Shown: one piece after another, positions 19,424 to 30,774 of the stretch
Position numbering within the stretch: the first letter of the stretch is position 1
Layout: every line of letters starts with the position of its first letter
Origin: an uncultured Sangeribacter sp.
Lineage (GTDB): Bacteria; Bacteroidota; Bacteroidia; Bacteroidales; Muribaculaceae
Direction: 5' to 3'
DNA: 64,000 nucleotides
Assembly: GCA_964400325.1 (NCBI GenBank)
Contig: CAYNUE010000001.1
Location: forward strand, 49,867-113,866
Position numbers and translations under genes: made by a program
The notes under the pieces: generated by a model
Told to the model about the DNA's origin: nothing
Seen by the model: only the letters and a program-made list of their open reading frames with translations
Database searches by the model: none

Positions 19424-19982
19424 ATATTTTTTCTTGAACAAGTCTGAGAAAGTCTTCGCGGTTTTTTGCTGGTCCGTGTGCAGTCTCGCTACAATTGTAC
19501 CATTCAAGATTTTTCATACCTACCGCTTCAAGTACAAGTGGCTTGAAATAATTTAGGAAGAACGGAGCAAAACGCTCAGTCGGAGCCTGTGAGGTAGAAA
19601 ATATGACTGTCCTGTTGATATTGATTTTATCAGGAATCAGTTCGCCGGTGGATGAGTACTGATAGGCCTTACCACTGAGCATGACTTTATCGAAAAATCC
19701 CTTAACTATAGCTGGCATAGCACCCCACCATATAGGAAATATCATGATGAACTCATCACTTTTTATAAGTGTTTCCAGATAGCGTGCAGCGATAGGGTCG
19801 GCTGTTTCACCTTTGCTATAGACTCTAAGGCTCGCTGCTTCAAGTACAGGATTGAAATTATCGGCATATAGGTCAAGAACGGTATAGTCCTTTTTCTGTG
19901 CTTCAAGTCGGTTTTTTACTTCCTCCAGAATGGCGTGATTGAAGCTCTTATCGTATGGGTGAGCGTATAATATGGTAGTCAT
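19422..19982 (-). CDS. NAD(P)H dehydrogenase (quinone), flavodoxin-2 family
   Basis: AHPYDKSFN, DLYADNFNP, FPIWWGAMPAIVKGFFDKV. Confidence 0.9.
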   Translation of the reverse strand: MTTILYAHPYDKSFNHAILEEVKNRLEAQKKDYTVLDLYADNFNPVLEAASLRVYSKGETADPIAARYLETLIKSDEFIMIFPIWWGAMPAIVKGFFDKVMLSGKAYQYSSTGELIPDKININRTVIFSTSQAPTERFAPFFLNYFKPLVLEAVGMKNLEWYNCSETAHGPAKNREDFLRLVQEKI

Positions 19983-20040
19983 CTCTATATGTTTTTAATG
20001 GTTTTATGCTTGATAATGTTATTTTCAGATTAATAGTTTT

Positions 20041-20619
20041 TTAGCTCCACATCATGTGATTCATAAGATGACCAGCGAAAGGTCTCATGTCTTTTTTCTT
20101 AAAGCCGACTGAATCATAAAGTTTATAGGCTTTGGAATTGTCGGTGTCACAAAGCAGGCCAAGTGGTTTACTGGCTGAGTCTGCTTTGCATTTAGCATCG
20201 GCTATAAGGGCTTTTGCTACTCCTTGACCTCTGAACTTAGGTAAAACCATGAGAGTGTCAAGATAAAACTCATCGGGTTCTGTTTCTCCGGGGAGATTTT
20301 CTATTTCTTCATCGCTCATCTCCCAACCTAATGTTGCATTAGCTTCATGAAAAAACGGTCGGCGAAGTCTTTTTAAATCGGCTCCGTCATAGCTTATACA
20401 TACTCCCATCGGCACACCATCATCTGTTTGTGCCACTCTTGTGTTAAGATAAGAGTATTGAGTGTCTGTACGTTTAGCAAGTCTTTCAAAAAGGCTATGA
20501 ACATCTTTTTGTGAATTATTTTCTCCGGCGAGACCTGTTGTAAGGTCAGGACCAATAGCTTCAAGAATTGCATCGGCAATCAGGGATGCATGTTGAGAAT
20601 TAGCAGTTTTTATAGTCAT
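20041..20619 (-). CDS. GNAT acetyltransferase
   Basis: EFYLDTLMVLPKFRGQGVA, N..AYKLY..VGF. Confidence 0.88.
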   Translation of the reverse strand: MTIKTANSQHASLIADAILEAIGPDLTTGLAGENNSQKDVHSLFERLAKRTDTQYSYLNTRVAQTDDGVPMGVCISYDGADLKRLRRPFFHEANATLGWEMSDEEIENLPGETEPDEFYLDTLMVLPKFRGQGVAKALIADAKCKADSASKPLGLLCDTDNSKAYKLYDSVGFKKKDMRPFAGHLMNHMMWS

Positions 20620-20980
20620 TATCTTCTGATACTACAATAATAAAGTTTTTATTTTAATATTCTTCTACGTTATAGGGAGACAGATGAGAGATAGCGATTT
20701 TTTCTAAGAAATCGCTAATTAAGTCTGTCACATACCTCTAAAATAGAAACATATTCATCTATGTTATGGTTTGGTTATATATTCAGTATGATTATTAATC
20801 TTTTGAGTATGCAGATACACAATATGGGTTATTTATTGACTTGAATATACTGAACAGAGCCTTGTGGCAACAATAAAATAGCTAATTTTGCAGCTTCACT
20901 TATACTGATTTCACTCTCGCACTTCTTCTCGATTGAAAGTCAGTAGGTGTATATTATTGACTCATATATAACATACCAAA

Positions 20981-22027
20981 ATGGTCAGCAGAATATTTAT
21001 GACAGTGCTCGCAGTGTTGGCTTATCTGACAGTCACTGCTCAGTCAATGGAAACAGAGGCAAGAGAGTTTATCTCAAATTTGCCTTCTGGCTTACAGCAT
21101 AAACAGGAACAGGCCGTTAGAGCGGCCATAAACGGTGACTTTTCGGCTCTTAACGAAGTGAGAAGCTCACGTAATACTCCTTCAGAACTGCCGGAAGGTG
21201 TTTCGTCAGAAAATATTAATGGTAAATACAGACTGTATGTGCCAAAGGGAATGGCACGTAAGGCACCTCTGTTGATTTACCTTCATGGTGGCGGATGGTG
21301 TTTCGGAAGTATAAATAGTTGCTCACGATTCTGTGCCTCATTAGCCAAAGAAGCCGAAATTGCTGTTCTGGCTGTAGAGTATCCTCTGGCTCCTGAGCAC
21401 CCATATCCTGCCGCCTTAAACGCCTGTATTGAAGCACTGACCTATGCCGTAGATAATGCTTTGGAGCTTGGTATTGACCCGAATCTGATTTCCATTGGCG
21501 GTGACAGTGCAGGTGGCAATCTCGCGTTGGCCACAGCTCTCAGAATGATTTATACAGAAGAACAGCTTAAAGATACTCCCTATCTGGCAATGTTGCCGAA
21601 AATAAAATCACTTGTGTTGTTCTATCCTGTGGTCAAAGCTTGGAACGATGGTTCGGACTCATGGAAAGAGTATGAATCCGGTTACGGACTTGATGGTAAA
21701 ATTATGGAGGCGTTTAATGAAGCCTACGTTGAAGGCAATGACCCTCAGTTGCCTCTTATCTCTCCGTACAATGCTGCTTCGACACATCTGTCGAAATTAC
21801 CGCCCACACTGATTGTTAACGCAGACCATGACATTCTAAAAGACCAAGGAGAAGCTATGTATGACCGCCTCAAAGAAGCAGGCGTAGAGGCAGAGAGAGT
21901 AGTACTACCTGGCACTACCCACCTATTTATCACCGTTGCAGGCCAACCCTCAGCATTTAATAAATCGGTTGCCCTCGCTAAGGAATTCTTATCCGACCCT
22001 AAAGACCGTAGTGACGCTCAAAATTGA
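20981..22027 (+). CDS. HSL-family esterase/lipase with signal peptide
   Basis: HGGGW, YPLAPEHPYP, GDSAGG, DIL.DQG, H in GTTHLF. Confidence 0.92.
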   Translation: MVSRIFMTVLAVLAYLTVTAQSMETEAREFISNLPSGLQHKQEQAVRAAINGDFSALNEVRSSRNTPSELPEGVSSENINGKYRLYVPKGMARKAPLLIYLHGGGWCFGSINSCSRFCASLAKEAEIAVLAVEYPLAPEHPYPAALNACIEALTYAVDNALELGIDPNLISIGGDSAGGNLALATALRMIYTEEQLKDTPYLAMLPKIKSLVLFYPVVKAWNDGSDSWKEYESGYGLDGKIMEAFNEAYVEGNDPQLPLISPYNAASTHLSKLPPTLIVNADHDILKDQGEAMYDRLKEAGVEAERVVLPGTTHLFITVAGQPSAFNKSVALAKEFLSDPKDRSDAQN

Positions 22028-22408
22028 GCTTATCCCCTCACTCTCCCTCCATAGTGCCAATCTGGATAAAAGAGTATCTCCCTCCCGCAATCATCTGCAG
22101 AGCTTCATCATTCTGTAGTACCTGTTACACTATCATGGTTCGTATTAAAGAATAAATTTATTTTTATTGTTTTACTTAATCTCGTACAATAGGTGGATTA
22201 TGATTGAACCATAATTTTGCATAATTAATCCAATTTGATTAATTTTGTTGCTGTCCATGAAAATCATCATGATTTTTACGGGAATATACTCAATATCCTC
22301 TCTAAAGTTATTGTTGCAGTTATTTATAATATATTAAGGCATTGAAATTAGGCCAAGTATAAATATCATGACCTCAGAGTATAATGTAATCATAATAAGA
22401 AAACAGAA

Positions 22409-22768
22409 ATGAGTAAACTCAGTAATAAAGCTTTCGCTATTATGGGAATGTGCGAACAAACACGTAAGTCATTTGGTATAACAGTTGACCCACGTGGTGG
22501 AGCCTATGCTTTCTGTTGGGCGTTCAAAATTAGCGATGCACAAGCTAAACGTGAGGGCTATGATAGGACACATGCACATGGAGCTATTATATATGATGCC
22601 GAATACAATGGTTGCCCATATTGTGGAACCAAGGGATTCTATATCTGTGGTAAATGTGGAAGAGTGATATGTTATCAAGATCAGAAAATGGTAACTTGTC
22701 CTAACTGTGGTACATCTGGTGAGGTGCAAGTCGCGGAATCATTTGATCTCACTGGAGGTGGAATGTAA
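22409..22768 (+). CDS. TerY-C metal-binding (Cys-rich) protein
   Basis: CPYCG...CGKCG..IC...CPNCG and terminal FDLTGGG; first gene of the TerY-P locus. Confidence 0.8.
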   Translation: MSKLSNKAFAIMGMCEQTRKSFGITVDPRGGAYAFCWAFKISDAQAKREGYDRTHAHGAIIYDAEYNGCPYCGTKGFYICGKCGRVICYQDQKMVTCPNCGTSGEVQVAESFDLTGGGM

Positions 22769-22826
22769 ATATGATTGTTTACTTTTTATTCATATAGGTA
22801 TATAGAACTAAAATAACATCATAAAT

Positions 22827-24092
22827 ATGAAAGAGCTACAACCTAAAGAAAAAGTTAATCTTGTCGGCGACTTAGAAGCTACAGTTGTAAAAGAACTGGG
22901 CCGTGGCGGTCAGGGTGTTGTTTATCTTGTGGAACTTCTTGGGAAACAGATGGCATTGAAATGGTATCTGAATGCTCCAGATGAAAAATTCTATAAGAAC
23001 TTGGAACAAAATGTAAGTAAAGGCGCACCCTCGTCATCATTCCTGTGGCCAGAATATATAACTCGTAAAGAGAAAGGGAGCTACGGTTATATTATGCCTT
23101 TACGTCCTCAGGGTTATTATGAATTTGGTCAATTTTATCTTGCTCGAGTCCAGTTCCAATCGTTTGAAGCTCTTTTGAATGCCGCAATGAAGATTTGCGA
23201 AGGCTTTAAACAGCTTCATCTTCACGGCTATAGCTATCAAGATTTGAATGATGGTAATTTCTTTATTAATCCTGCAACAGGAGATGTACTTATCTGTGAT
23301 AACGATAATGTAATGCCTGTAGGAGAATCATCTGGCATCTTAGGTAAAGCTCGTTATATGGCACCTGAAATTGTCCTTGGTAAATCTATGCCAGATAAGG
23401 AAAGTGACCGTTTTTCATTAACTGTTTTACTTTTTCTGCTTTTCTATGGAAATCATCCATTTGAAGGTGCGAAAGTTTTAGAATGTCCTTGTATGACAGA
23501 AAAATACGAGAAGAAATTTTATGGTAGTGACATTCTTTTTATCTATGATGAAAATGATAAGGCAAATCGCCCTGTTCATGGTGTACATCGTAATGTGCTG
23601 CGTCGTTGGCCAGTATATCCTGCAATTCTTAGGGAGGCTTTTATAAAAGAGTTTTCTAAGGAAAAGTTAGAGAATCCGTCAAAGAGAAGTATTGAGAATA
23701 ATTGGCAAAAGATTATTAAGCAACTTCGTGACATGCTTGTAGTATGCCCGAAATGTAAAGAAGAGACTTTTGTACAAGGTCCTCAAGATAAAAAGTGCAT
23801 AAACTGTGGTAAAGAAATAAACATTTCAGGCGGACTCCAATTCTCTAATCGTACAATCTGGCTTACGCCCGATACTACAGTATATCTTGGATTGGATTCT
23901 GTACCTGCGGCAAAAGTTATAATGATTCCTGGAGATAAATATCCTGTTCAGCTTCAAAATATTACTTCTGATAACTGGACGGTAGAAACACCAAGTGGTA
24001 AACTAAAGACAATACTTCCACAAGGTACTATGCCAGTAAAGGTTGGCCTAAAAGTTACTTTTAATTCAACAGCAAAAGCAATAATAATCTAA
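22827..24092 (+). CDS. TerY-P triad Ser/Thr kinase (YegI-like) with Zn ribbon and C-terminal beta domain
   Basis: GRGGQG, ALKWY, YQDLNDGN, ICDNDN, YMAPE; CPKC...CINC. Confidence 0.88.
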   Translation: MKELQPKEKVNLVGDLEATVVKELGRGGQGVVYLVELLGKQMALKWYLNAPDEKFYKNLEQNVSKGAPSSSFLWPEYITRKEKGSYGYIMPLRPQGYYEFGQFYLARVQFQSFEALLNAAMKICEGFKQLHLHGYSYQDLNDGNFFINPATGDVLICDNDNVMPVGESSGILGKARYMAPEIVLGKSMPDKESDRFSLTVLLFLLFYGNHPFEGAKVLECPCMTEKYEKKFYGSDILFIYDENDKANRPVHGVHRNVLRRWPVYPAILREAFIKEFSKEKLENPSKRSIENNWQKIIKQLRDMLVVCPKCKEETFVQGPQDKKCINCGKEINISGGLQFSNRTIWLTPDTTVYLGLDSVPAAKVIMIPGDKYPVQLQNITSDNWTVETPSGKLKTILPQGTMPVKVGLKVTFNSTAKAIII

Positions 24093-24108
24093 TAGAACCA
24101 CTACAAAC

Positions 24109-24846
24109 ATGAGTCTTATAGATAATGAACAGCCTCCCAGAAGGCAAATGACCCTGTTTTTTCTTATTGACACCTCAGGTTCAATGGCTGGTAACAAAAT
24201 CGGCAGTGTTAACGATGCTATTGAAAATGTACTCCCTATGATTGGAGAAATTTCTGATGAAAACACAGACGCTGAAATTAAGATAGCTGTATTAGAATTT
24301 TCAACAACAACTAACTGGTTATACGACGAGCCAAAACTCTCAAATGAGTTCATTTGGCAAAAGGCTCAAGCTGGCGGTCTGACTTCTCTTGGAGAAGCTT
24401 GTGTAGAACTTAATAAGAAGCTATCTCGCAATGGTGGGTTTATGTCGACACCAAGTGGATGTTTTGCACCGTCTATCATTCTTCTTTCAGATGGAGGACC
24501 CACAGATAATTTTGAGGCTGGACTCAATACTCTCAGACAGAATAGTTGGTTCAAAAATGCAATAAAGATGGCTGTAGCAATAGGAGATGATTGCGATGAG
24601 AATGTCCTTGAATCATTTACTGGTTCAAAAGAATCAATCGTAAGAGTTAAGAATATTGAGGCTCTGAAAAAGATGATCCGTATAATTGCTATCACATCTT
24701 CACAGATTGGCAGCAAGAGTACTACAGCAGCTGATACTACTAAGCAGCAACAGGTTGAAAAAGAAATTGGTCAGGCCGCAGCTGATATTCAAGGTGCGGA
24801 GACAGTAGCTGCTCCTAAACCTGACGAATATGATGAATGGGATTAA
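24109..24846 (+). CDS. terY: TerY-type vWA protein
   Basis: MIDAS DTSGS, GLTSLG, LLSDGGPTD, AVAIG. Confidence 0.88.
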   Translation: MSLIDNEQPPRRQMTLFFLIDTSGSMAGNKIGSVNDAIENVLPMIGEISDENTDAEIKIAVLEFSTTTNWLYDEPKLSNEFIWQKAQAGGLTSLGEACVELNKKLSRNGGFMSTPSGCFAPSIILLSDGGPTDNFEAGLNTLRQNSWFKNAIKMAVAIGDDCDENVLESFTGSKESIVRVKNIEALKKMIRIIAITSSQIGSKSTTAADTTKQQQVEKEIGQAAADIQGAETVAAPKPDEYDEWD

Positions 24847-24857
24847 AATAATGACAA

Positions 24858-26039
24858 ATGAAGTGTATTAAAGGTTTTAACTATACATGTCAAGGTGAAA
24901 GTCATAAAGCCACTAACAAACCTTGTCAAGATAGTTCTATTTCTGAAATACATGCTACATATGCCATGGCCGCCGTTAGCGACGGTCATGGCGGGGCACG
25001 CTATTTCAGAAGTGATATTGGATCAAAGATTGCTATTAACTGTACTAAGAAAGCAATCGAGAAATTTGTAAATGAACCGAAAATAACTGCCCTATTTAAG
25101 AAAAGTGGATTTCAAGCATTCGGAGTAGCCTCAGAAGTTGTTAATCCAAATGATGAGATTTACAAAGCTTTATATTGGTTAACCTCTTCTATCATTGCTC
25201 AATGGCATAAAAAAATTAGGGAACATGCATTAAAGACTCCATTGTCTGAGTGGGAACAGAATAATGTAGACGAACAATATCTTAATGAGTTCAGAGTTAA
25301 GGTAAACTCTGAAAGTGCATCGTATGAAAAAATATATGGGTGTACCCTGATTGCGTATGTGCAGACAGAATATTATTGGTTTGCTTTTCAAATTGGAGAT
25401 GGTAAACTTGTGGTCTTTGATACATACGAAGGTGGTATAAAAGCAAGGCAGCCTATTCCGTGGGATGAGAGGTGTTTTCTTAATAAGACAACATCAATAT
25501 GTGATAGCGAAGCATCAAAGGAATTTAGATATTGTTGCAATGGAGATGGTTCTTTTCCAGAAGCTGTTTTTCTTGGATCTGATGGGATTGACGATACATA
25601 CGGTGACGGTGATAAATTAACAGACTTTTATATTCGTCTTTTTAAGGAAGTTGTATCTACAAGTCAGAATAAAGCAGAAAAGGTCCTCAAAAGAGATTTG
25701 CCAATAATCAGTAAGATAGGTAGTAAAGATGATATGTCTATTGCTTGTATTTATAATAGTAATCCAGAGCGAAAAAGGCAGATTTATCTTTTTATGTTAC
25801 AGTGGCAAATTACAAAGATTAAGGAACGGGCAAATGAGCTTAAAGAGAAAATATCAACATTAAAAAAGAAGATAGAGGCTATCCCTTCCTATGAGTCTTT
25901 AACTGAGGCACAAAGAATAGAGATTCAATATGCAAAAAATGATCTTAATCGTGCTCAAGAGGAAGATATAAAAATTGATAATGACATGTCAATTATTCTT
26001 GCTGAATATAAAAGATTAAGAGAAAAATATAACTTGTAG
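24858..26039 (+). CDS. TerY-P PP2C-like phosphatase with C-terminal coiled coil
   Basis: GESH...CQD, VSDGHG, GCTL, IGDG, TTSIC, GSDG, SKDD. Confidence 0.88.
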   Translation: MKCIKGFNYTCQGESHKATNKPCQDSSISEIHATYAMAAVSDGHGGARYFRSDIGSKIAINCTKKAIEKFVNEPKITALFKKSGFQAFGVASEVVNPNDEIYKALYWLTSSIIAQWHKKIREHALKTPLSEWEQNNVDEQYLNEFRVKVNSESASYEKIYGCTLIAYVQTEYYWFAFQIGDGKLVVFDTYEGGIKARQPIPWDERCFLNKTTSICDSEASKEFRYCCNGDGSFPEAVFLGSDGIDDTYGDGDKLTDFYIRLFKEVVSTSQNKAEKVLKRDLPIISKIGSKDDMSIACIYNSNPERKRQIYLFMLQWQITKIKERANELKEKISTLKKKIEAIPSYESLTEAQRIEIQYAKNDLNRAQEEDIKIDNDMSIILAEYKRLREKYNL

Positions 26040-26271
26040 AGTTAGTAGATGAGATGATATAACTGTCTAGTTTACTTTGTTCTAACTATGAAATAATCTA
26101 ATCATACTGATTTTAATTATGAACTTTATGTATTACGAGAGTTATCCTTTATAATACTTATACTCATACTATCAATAAAAGATATAATGCTTTGAATAGT
26201 ATTCAATGTTATAACCTAATTAGCTTGAAGTAACAATATACTAACCATAAGAAACTAATAAAGCGAAATTA

Positions 26272-29200
26272 ATGAGTTATTTCAACGATATAAAAGAATT
26301 GGAAGTTTTGACGTTGGCTGATATAATTACAGCTTCCAGAAATAATATTTCTGATAAGAATAAAGCTAAACCGTGGTTGTGTGAGGGTCTGAATCATGGT
26401 ACAGCTTTGCTTTCTACTGAAGAGCAACTATGCTGCTATATTGCTGCCTACGGAGAAATGCACAAATTGAAGTTGGATAAGGCATTTGAGGCTTTTCCTT
26501 TTAATGATATTGATTCTGATTTTGAAATTATAGATTGGGGTTGTGGTCAAGGACTTGCCTCAGTTTATTTGGTTTCTATATTAAGAAGTAAGAATCTTCT
26601 TAGAAAGCTTAAGAAGATAACTCTTATTGAGCCTTCCGAATTTGCTATTAAACGTGCAGATTTCAATACAAGAAAGGCGGTAAATGAAGCAGTTGAGGTT
26701 AATGTTATACAAAAGTATCTTCCTGCGTCTTCCAATACTACAGATACTATTCGGTCAATACATATTGAAGAACCGATATGTATTCATCTCTTTTCCAATA
26801 TTCTTGATATTCCTGATATAGATCTTAAAAAATTAGCAAACCTTATTGCAGCTTCTGGTTATCAGCATTACTTTATTTGTGTTGGACCAGTTAATTATGG
26901 AAATAAAAGAATAGAAGCATTCAGTAATTATTTTTCAGTTGATCCTGTTAATCTATTTGCCAATGATTACATTCCTCAATATCATCAACTCAAAAGTGGC
27001 AAATGGTTTGGCTGTGTAACTAAGGGATTTAAAGTTGTTCGTGAAGCAGGAAAGCCATTTCTTATTCCATTATCTTTTTACCCTCCAAAGGAATTTCTTG
27101 CAGCCTATCAACTTGATGTGCTTCGTACGAAAAAAGATAATGTTGCTAATCTTATAGCCTTTGAGGTACTCGCTCCATTTGATCTTGGCGCCAGTACCTA
27201 TACTGCTATTGATCCGATTATAGCTGTTCTTAATAATATAATAACAAGAGGTATTCCTACAAAATCCAGCCCATTTGTTGAAGAACATTTTTCTAAAATA
27301 CTTTTGGCGACTGAATTAAGAGAAAAATATGGAGCATTTGATTATGTCTCAATTGATGATAATCTTATCTCAACGTATGAGAGTTATCTAAGATTAATTC
27401 CGATTGGTATAGCAAGAATTGAAAAGGTTATTGTCGAAGCAGTCTTAACAGGAAGGCTTTCTTTGGAACAAGACCAACTTGATGTAATGGTTAAGGAAGA
27501 TGATATTCCTTGTGCAGCTTTGGCATTTGCTGATTTAGAGCAAATGTATAATCATCTATGTGCTTTATCAAGAGACTATGATCAAAGAAAATTTCCTAAG
27601 GTAAATCTACATATAATTAGTCCTAAAAAAGATTCAAAGTTTCATTTAGGTAATTCTACATATTCATCTCCAAAAAAATTAGATAGAGAAAAAGAATATG
27701 ATTTGGTCATTGATATCAACTTCGGCGATTTACCTGATGCTGAGAACGTAAAATTTACTGAGTTTAAGGTAAAAAATGATTGTTATTTTAATATAAGAAG
27801 TTGTGTTCAAACAGTAGCTCGTCAAATTTATACTTCTGATAGGATTGTATATAAACCGCTTACAAATTTAAATCAATCGGGAGTCTATGACAATATTGAT
27901 GAAAATGTCGAACATCTAAAATACTTCCTCCATCTAATCTTTAGAAAGAAATCATTTCGTCCAGGTCAGTTGCCAATTCTCAATAGAGCATTACAGAATA
28001 AGGGAGTCATCGGCTTATTACCGACCGGTGGAGGTAAATCCTTAACTTACCAGCTCGCAGCTATGCTTCAACCGGGTATAACTGTTGTTATTGATCCGTT
28101 AAAATCTTTAATGGAAGACCAATATGACGGTATAATAGCAGCGGGAATAGACGCCTGTACTTTTATAAATTCTGAATTAGGTCCAGAAGTCAGAGCCCAA
28201 CATGAGGAATTAATGGAATCCTCGCAGGTAATAATTGTATTTATGTCGCCAGAACGATTGTGTATTTACTCATTTCGCGAAAGATTGAATAACATGCACG
28301 AATTGGGCGTATACTTTTCTTATGGAGTTATTGATGAGGTACATTGTGTTTCGGAATGGGGTCAAGACTTTAGACCATCATATCTACATTTGGGTAGAAA
28401 CCTTTATCAATTTGCTAGAGCGAAAGAGGGTAGAATATCACTTTTTGGATTAACGGCAACAGCTTCTTTTGACGTTTTATCAGATGTTGAACGAGAACTT
28501 TCTGGTTATGGGGCATTCCCTCTTGATCCGGAAACTATTGTAAGATATGAAAATAGCAATAGACTTGAACTTCAATATAAAATTGAACGTGTAGAAGTAG
28601 ACTACCAACCTGACAAATTTGATGATCACGGCCTATTGCATGGTTATCCTACTCCTGTTAAGTTAGGAGATAAATGGAATGTATACAATCAGAAGAGTGA
28701 GTTTTTGAAAACTCTGTTAGGTAAAATTCCTCATTACTTGGAGGAACTTCTTGAAGAGGGTTCCTTAGATAAAATAACAAAGAATTTTAAAAAGAGAGAA
28801 GAATTAAGTAGTATTGACCCTACAAAACTAATTGTAGATATTGAGGCTGACTATCTGTCTCCTCGCAACAATTATCGATTCTCAGGGATTGTTTTCTGTC
28901 CTCATGTTAACTCTACTGGTATAAGTGTAAGTGTTAATTCTAAGAATTTATCTGGTATATGTGAAGTTGGTTCTTTTTCTGGCTCTGACCAAACAGGTGA
29001 GACTGATAATAAATCAATGGAAAATATGAGGAAGTTCCGTGAGAATCGACTTCCATTGATGGTTGCTACAAAAGCATTCGGTATGGGTATTGATAAGCCG
29101 AATGTACGATTTACTGTGAATATGAACTATTCAAGCTCACTTGAAAGTTTTATTCAAGAAGCTGGTAGAGCTGGACGCGACGGTCATATGGCTTTGTCAA

Positions 29201-30774
29201 TAATTTTACTTGCTGATTATAGCCTTGCTAGAATAAAGAAGACTTGTAAATTATATGATTCTAGTGGAGTAGTTTTTACAATTCGAGGAAAATGGTTCAA
29301 GAAAGCTGACCTTGAATTAATAATAAAGGATTTCAATCTTAATATACCTCAGTCAGAGATAGACATATGTAATCCCTTGATTGACTTTGTACGATTGAAA
29401 TGCAATACAGATAATTGCCAAAAAGATAAAGACGGTAATCCGATAGAGGATAAGAATGGTCGTACGAAGAAGCTATATTGGAAATGTACGGAAGGATGTT
29501 CTAAGTATAGTGATTGTAAACTGCGGCATGTTGACCCAAAATTGAGATGGGAATGGATTTACTATCCAGACCTGCAAGGATACCTTCATGAAAATAATAT
29601 CCGCTTAACATCCGCTAACTATGAATATAATGGCCCTGATTATAGTAATGTGATATTCTTTTTCGACCAAAACTTTAAGGGAGAGTTCGAGGAGAAGAAG
29701 AAAATGCATGAATTACTTAGTATTAAGAAAGTTTCCTATTTTATAGGAAATGATTGTCAATATAAATCAGATAAGGAAAAGATTGGTAAAGGCTTTATGG
29801 AAGCTCTTCTTAATGCTAAGTTGGGAGAAGAACTTGTTATTTTCATATCTTATGACGAGGACAGTTTTCAGGATATTTCAAAGGTGATTTATCGTATGTG
29901 TGTAATTGGCCTCATTGACGACTTTACACAAGATTATAGTCGACATTGCTTCAGGATAGTAGCTACACGTAAAAAGACAGGGTCTTATTATCAACGCCTT
30001 AAGGATTTTTTGATGCGTTATTATGCAGAAGATAAAGCAGAAAATGAGGTTGAAAAAGCCAGCGTAAGGAAAGGTGATAATGAGATTCATAAGTGTCTTG
30101 GCTATCTTACGGAATTTGTTTACGATAAGGTCGTAATGAAACGTAAGAGGGCTATTGATGATATGCGTAAGTTTTGCCTTATTGGAATTGACAATACAAA
30201 AGACTGGAAGGAAATTAATGAGGTGCTTAAAGATGAAATATTCTATTATTTCAATTCTAAATTTGCACGTAGAGCTTATCGAACCGAAAAAGATGAACCA
30301 TTTTCTCTTTATGACGATATCGTTGAAGATAAGAAACGAAGTTTTGATACCTTATTTAAGTTTATGAGAGTCATAGATAATGATGTGATTGGTGCGTCTG
30401 GTTCTCCTAAAGACAATATTAAGCATCTGCGGGGAGCAGTTCGTCTGATTCGCAGGAGTGAGAATGATATTAATCCGGTGTTGTCAATGCTTAATGTCTT
30501 TTGCTTGCTCATACTTAAACGCCCTGAAGATACAGCATTATTAAAAGAATTAGAAGACAGTTTTACTGAAGGATACACAGTCTTCTTCTCGGAATCGTCG
30601 GATAAGGAAACATTCTATGCAAATATAGAAAGATTTTTCGCAGAACTTAATACTAATGGTAGAAATATCATAGGTGATAGTGAAAAGATCTTATTAGACA
30701 CTCTTCAACTATCAGCAGAAGTTTTCCTCAATGACCAATGGCTTAATAATTTTAGACAAAACTACACTTTATAA
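26272..30774 (+). CDS. 1500-aa fusion: N-terminal SAM-dependent methyltransferase-like domain plus RecQ-family SF2 helicase
   Basis: IIDWGCGQG, LIEPS and FSNILD at the N-terminus; LPTGGGKS, DEVHCVSEWGQDFRPSY, LTATA, ATKAFGMGIDKPNVR, QEAGRAGRDG; Cys-rich insert. Confidence 0.85.
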   Translation: MSYFNDIKELEVLTLADIITASRNNISDKNKAKPWLCEGLNHGTALLSTEEQLCCYIAAYGEMHKLKLDKAFEAFPFNDIDSDFEIIDWGCGQGLASVYLVSILRSKNLLRKLKKITLIEPSEFAIKRADFNTRKAVNEAVEVNVIQKYLPASSNTTDTIRSIHIEEPICIHLFSNILDIPDIDLKKLANLIAASGYQHYFICVGPVNYGNKRIEAFSNYFSVDPVNLFANDYIPQYHQLKSGKWFGCVTKGFKVVREAGKPFLIPLSFYPPKEFLAAYQLDVLRTKKDNVANLIAFEVLAPFDLGASTYTAIDPIIAVLNNIITRGIPTKSSPFVEEHFSKILLATELREKYGAFDYVSIDDNLISTYESYLRLIPIGIARIEKVIVEAVLTGRLSLEQDQLDVMVKEDDIPCAALAFADLEQMYNHLCALSRDYDQRKFPKVNLHIISPKKDSKFHLGNSTYSSPKKLDREKEYDLVIDINFGDLPDAENVKFTEFKVKNDCYFNIRSCVQTVARQIYTSDRIVYKPLTNLNQSGVYDNIDENVEHLKYFLHLIFRKKSFRPGQLPILNRALQNKGVIGLLPTGGGKSLTYQLAAMLQPGITVVIDPLKSLMEDQYDGIIAAGIDACTFINSELGPEVRAQHEELMESSQVIIVFMSPERLCIYSFRERLNNMHELGVYFSYGVIDEVHCVSEWGQDFRPSYLHLGRNLYQFARAKEGRISLFGLTATASFDVLSDVERELSGYGAFPLDPETIVRYENSNRLELQYKIERVEVDYQPDKFDDHGLLHGYPTPVKLGDKWNVYNQKSEFLKTLLGKIPHYLEELLEEGSLDKITKNFKKREELSSIDPTKLIVDIEADYLSPRNNYRFSGIVFCPHVNSTGISVSVNSKNLSGICEVGSFSGSDQTGETDNKSMENMRKFRENRLPLMVATKAFGMGIDKPNVRFTVNMNYSSSLESFIQEAGRAGRDGHMALSIILLADYSLARIKKTCKLYDSSGVVFTIRGKWFKKADLELIIKDFNLNIPQSEIDICNPLIDFVRLKCNTDNCQKDKDGNPIEDKNGRTKKLYWKCTEGCSKYSDCKLRHVDPKLRWEWIYYPDLQGYLHENNIRLTSANYEYNGPDYSNVIFFFDQNFKGEFEEKKKMHELLSIKKVSYFIGNDCQYKSDKEKIGKGFMEALLNAKLGEELVIFISYDEDSFQDISKVIYRMCVIGLIDDFTQDYSRHCFRIVATRKKTGSYYQRLKDFLMRYYAEDKAENEVEKASVRKGDNEIHKCLGYLTEFVYDKVVMKRKRAIDDMRKFCLIGIDNTKDWKEINEVLKDEIFYYFNSKFARRAYRTEKDEPFSLYDDIVEDKKRSFDTLFKFMRVIDNDVIGASGSPKDNIKHLRGAVRLIRRSENDINPVLSMLNVFCLLILKRPEDTALLKELEDSFTEGYTVFFSESSDKETFYANIERFFAELNTNGRNIIGDSEKILLDTLQLSAEVFLNDQWLNNFRQNYTL

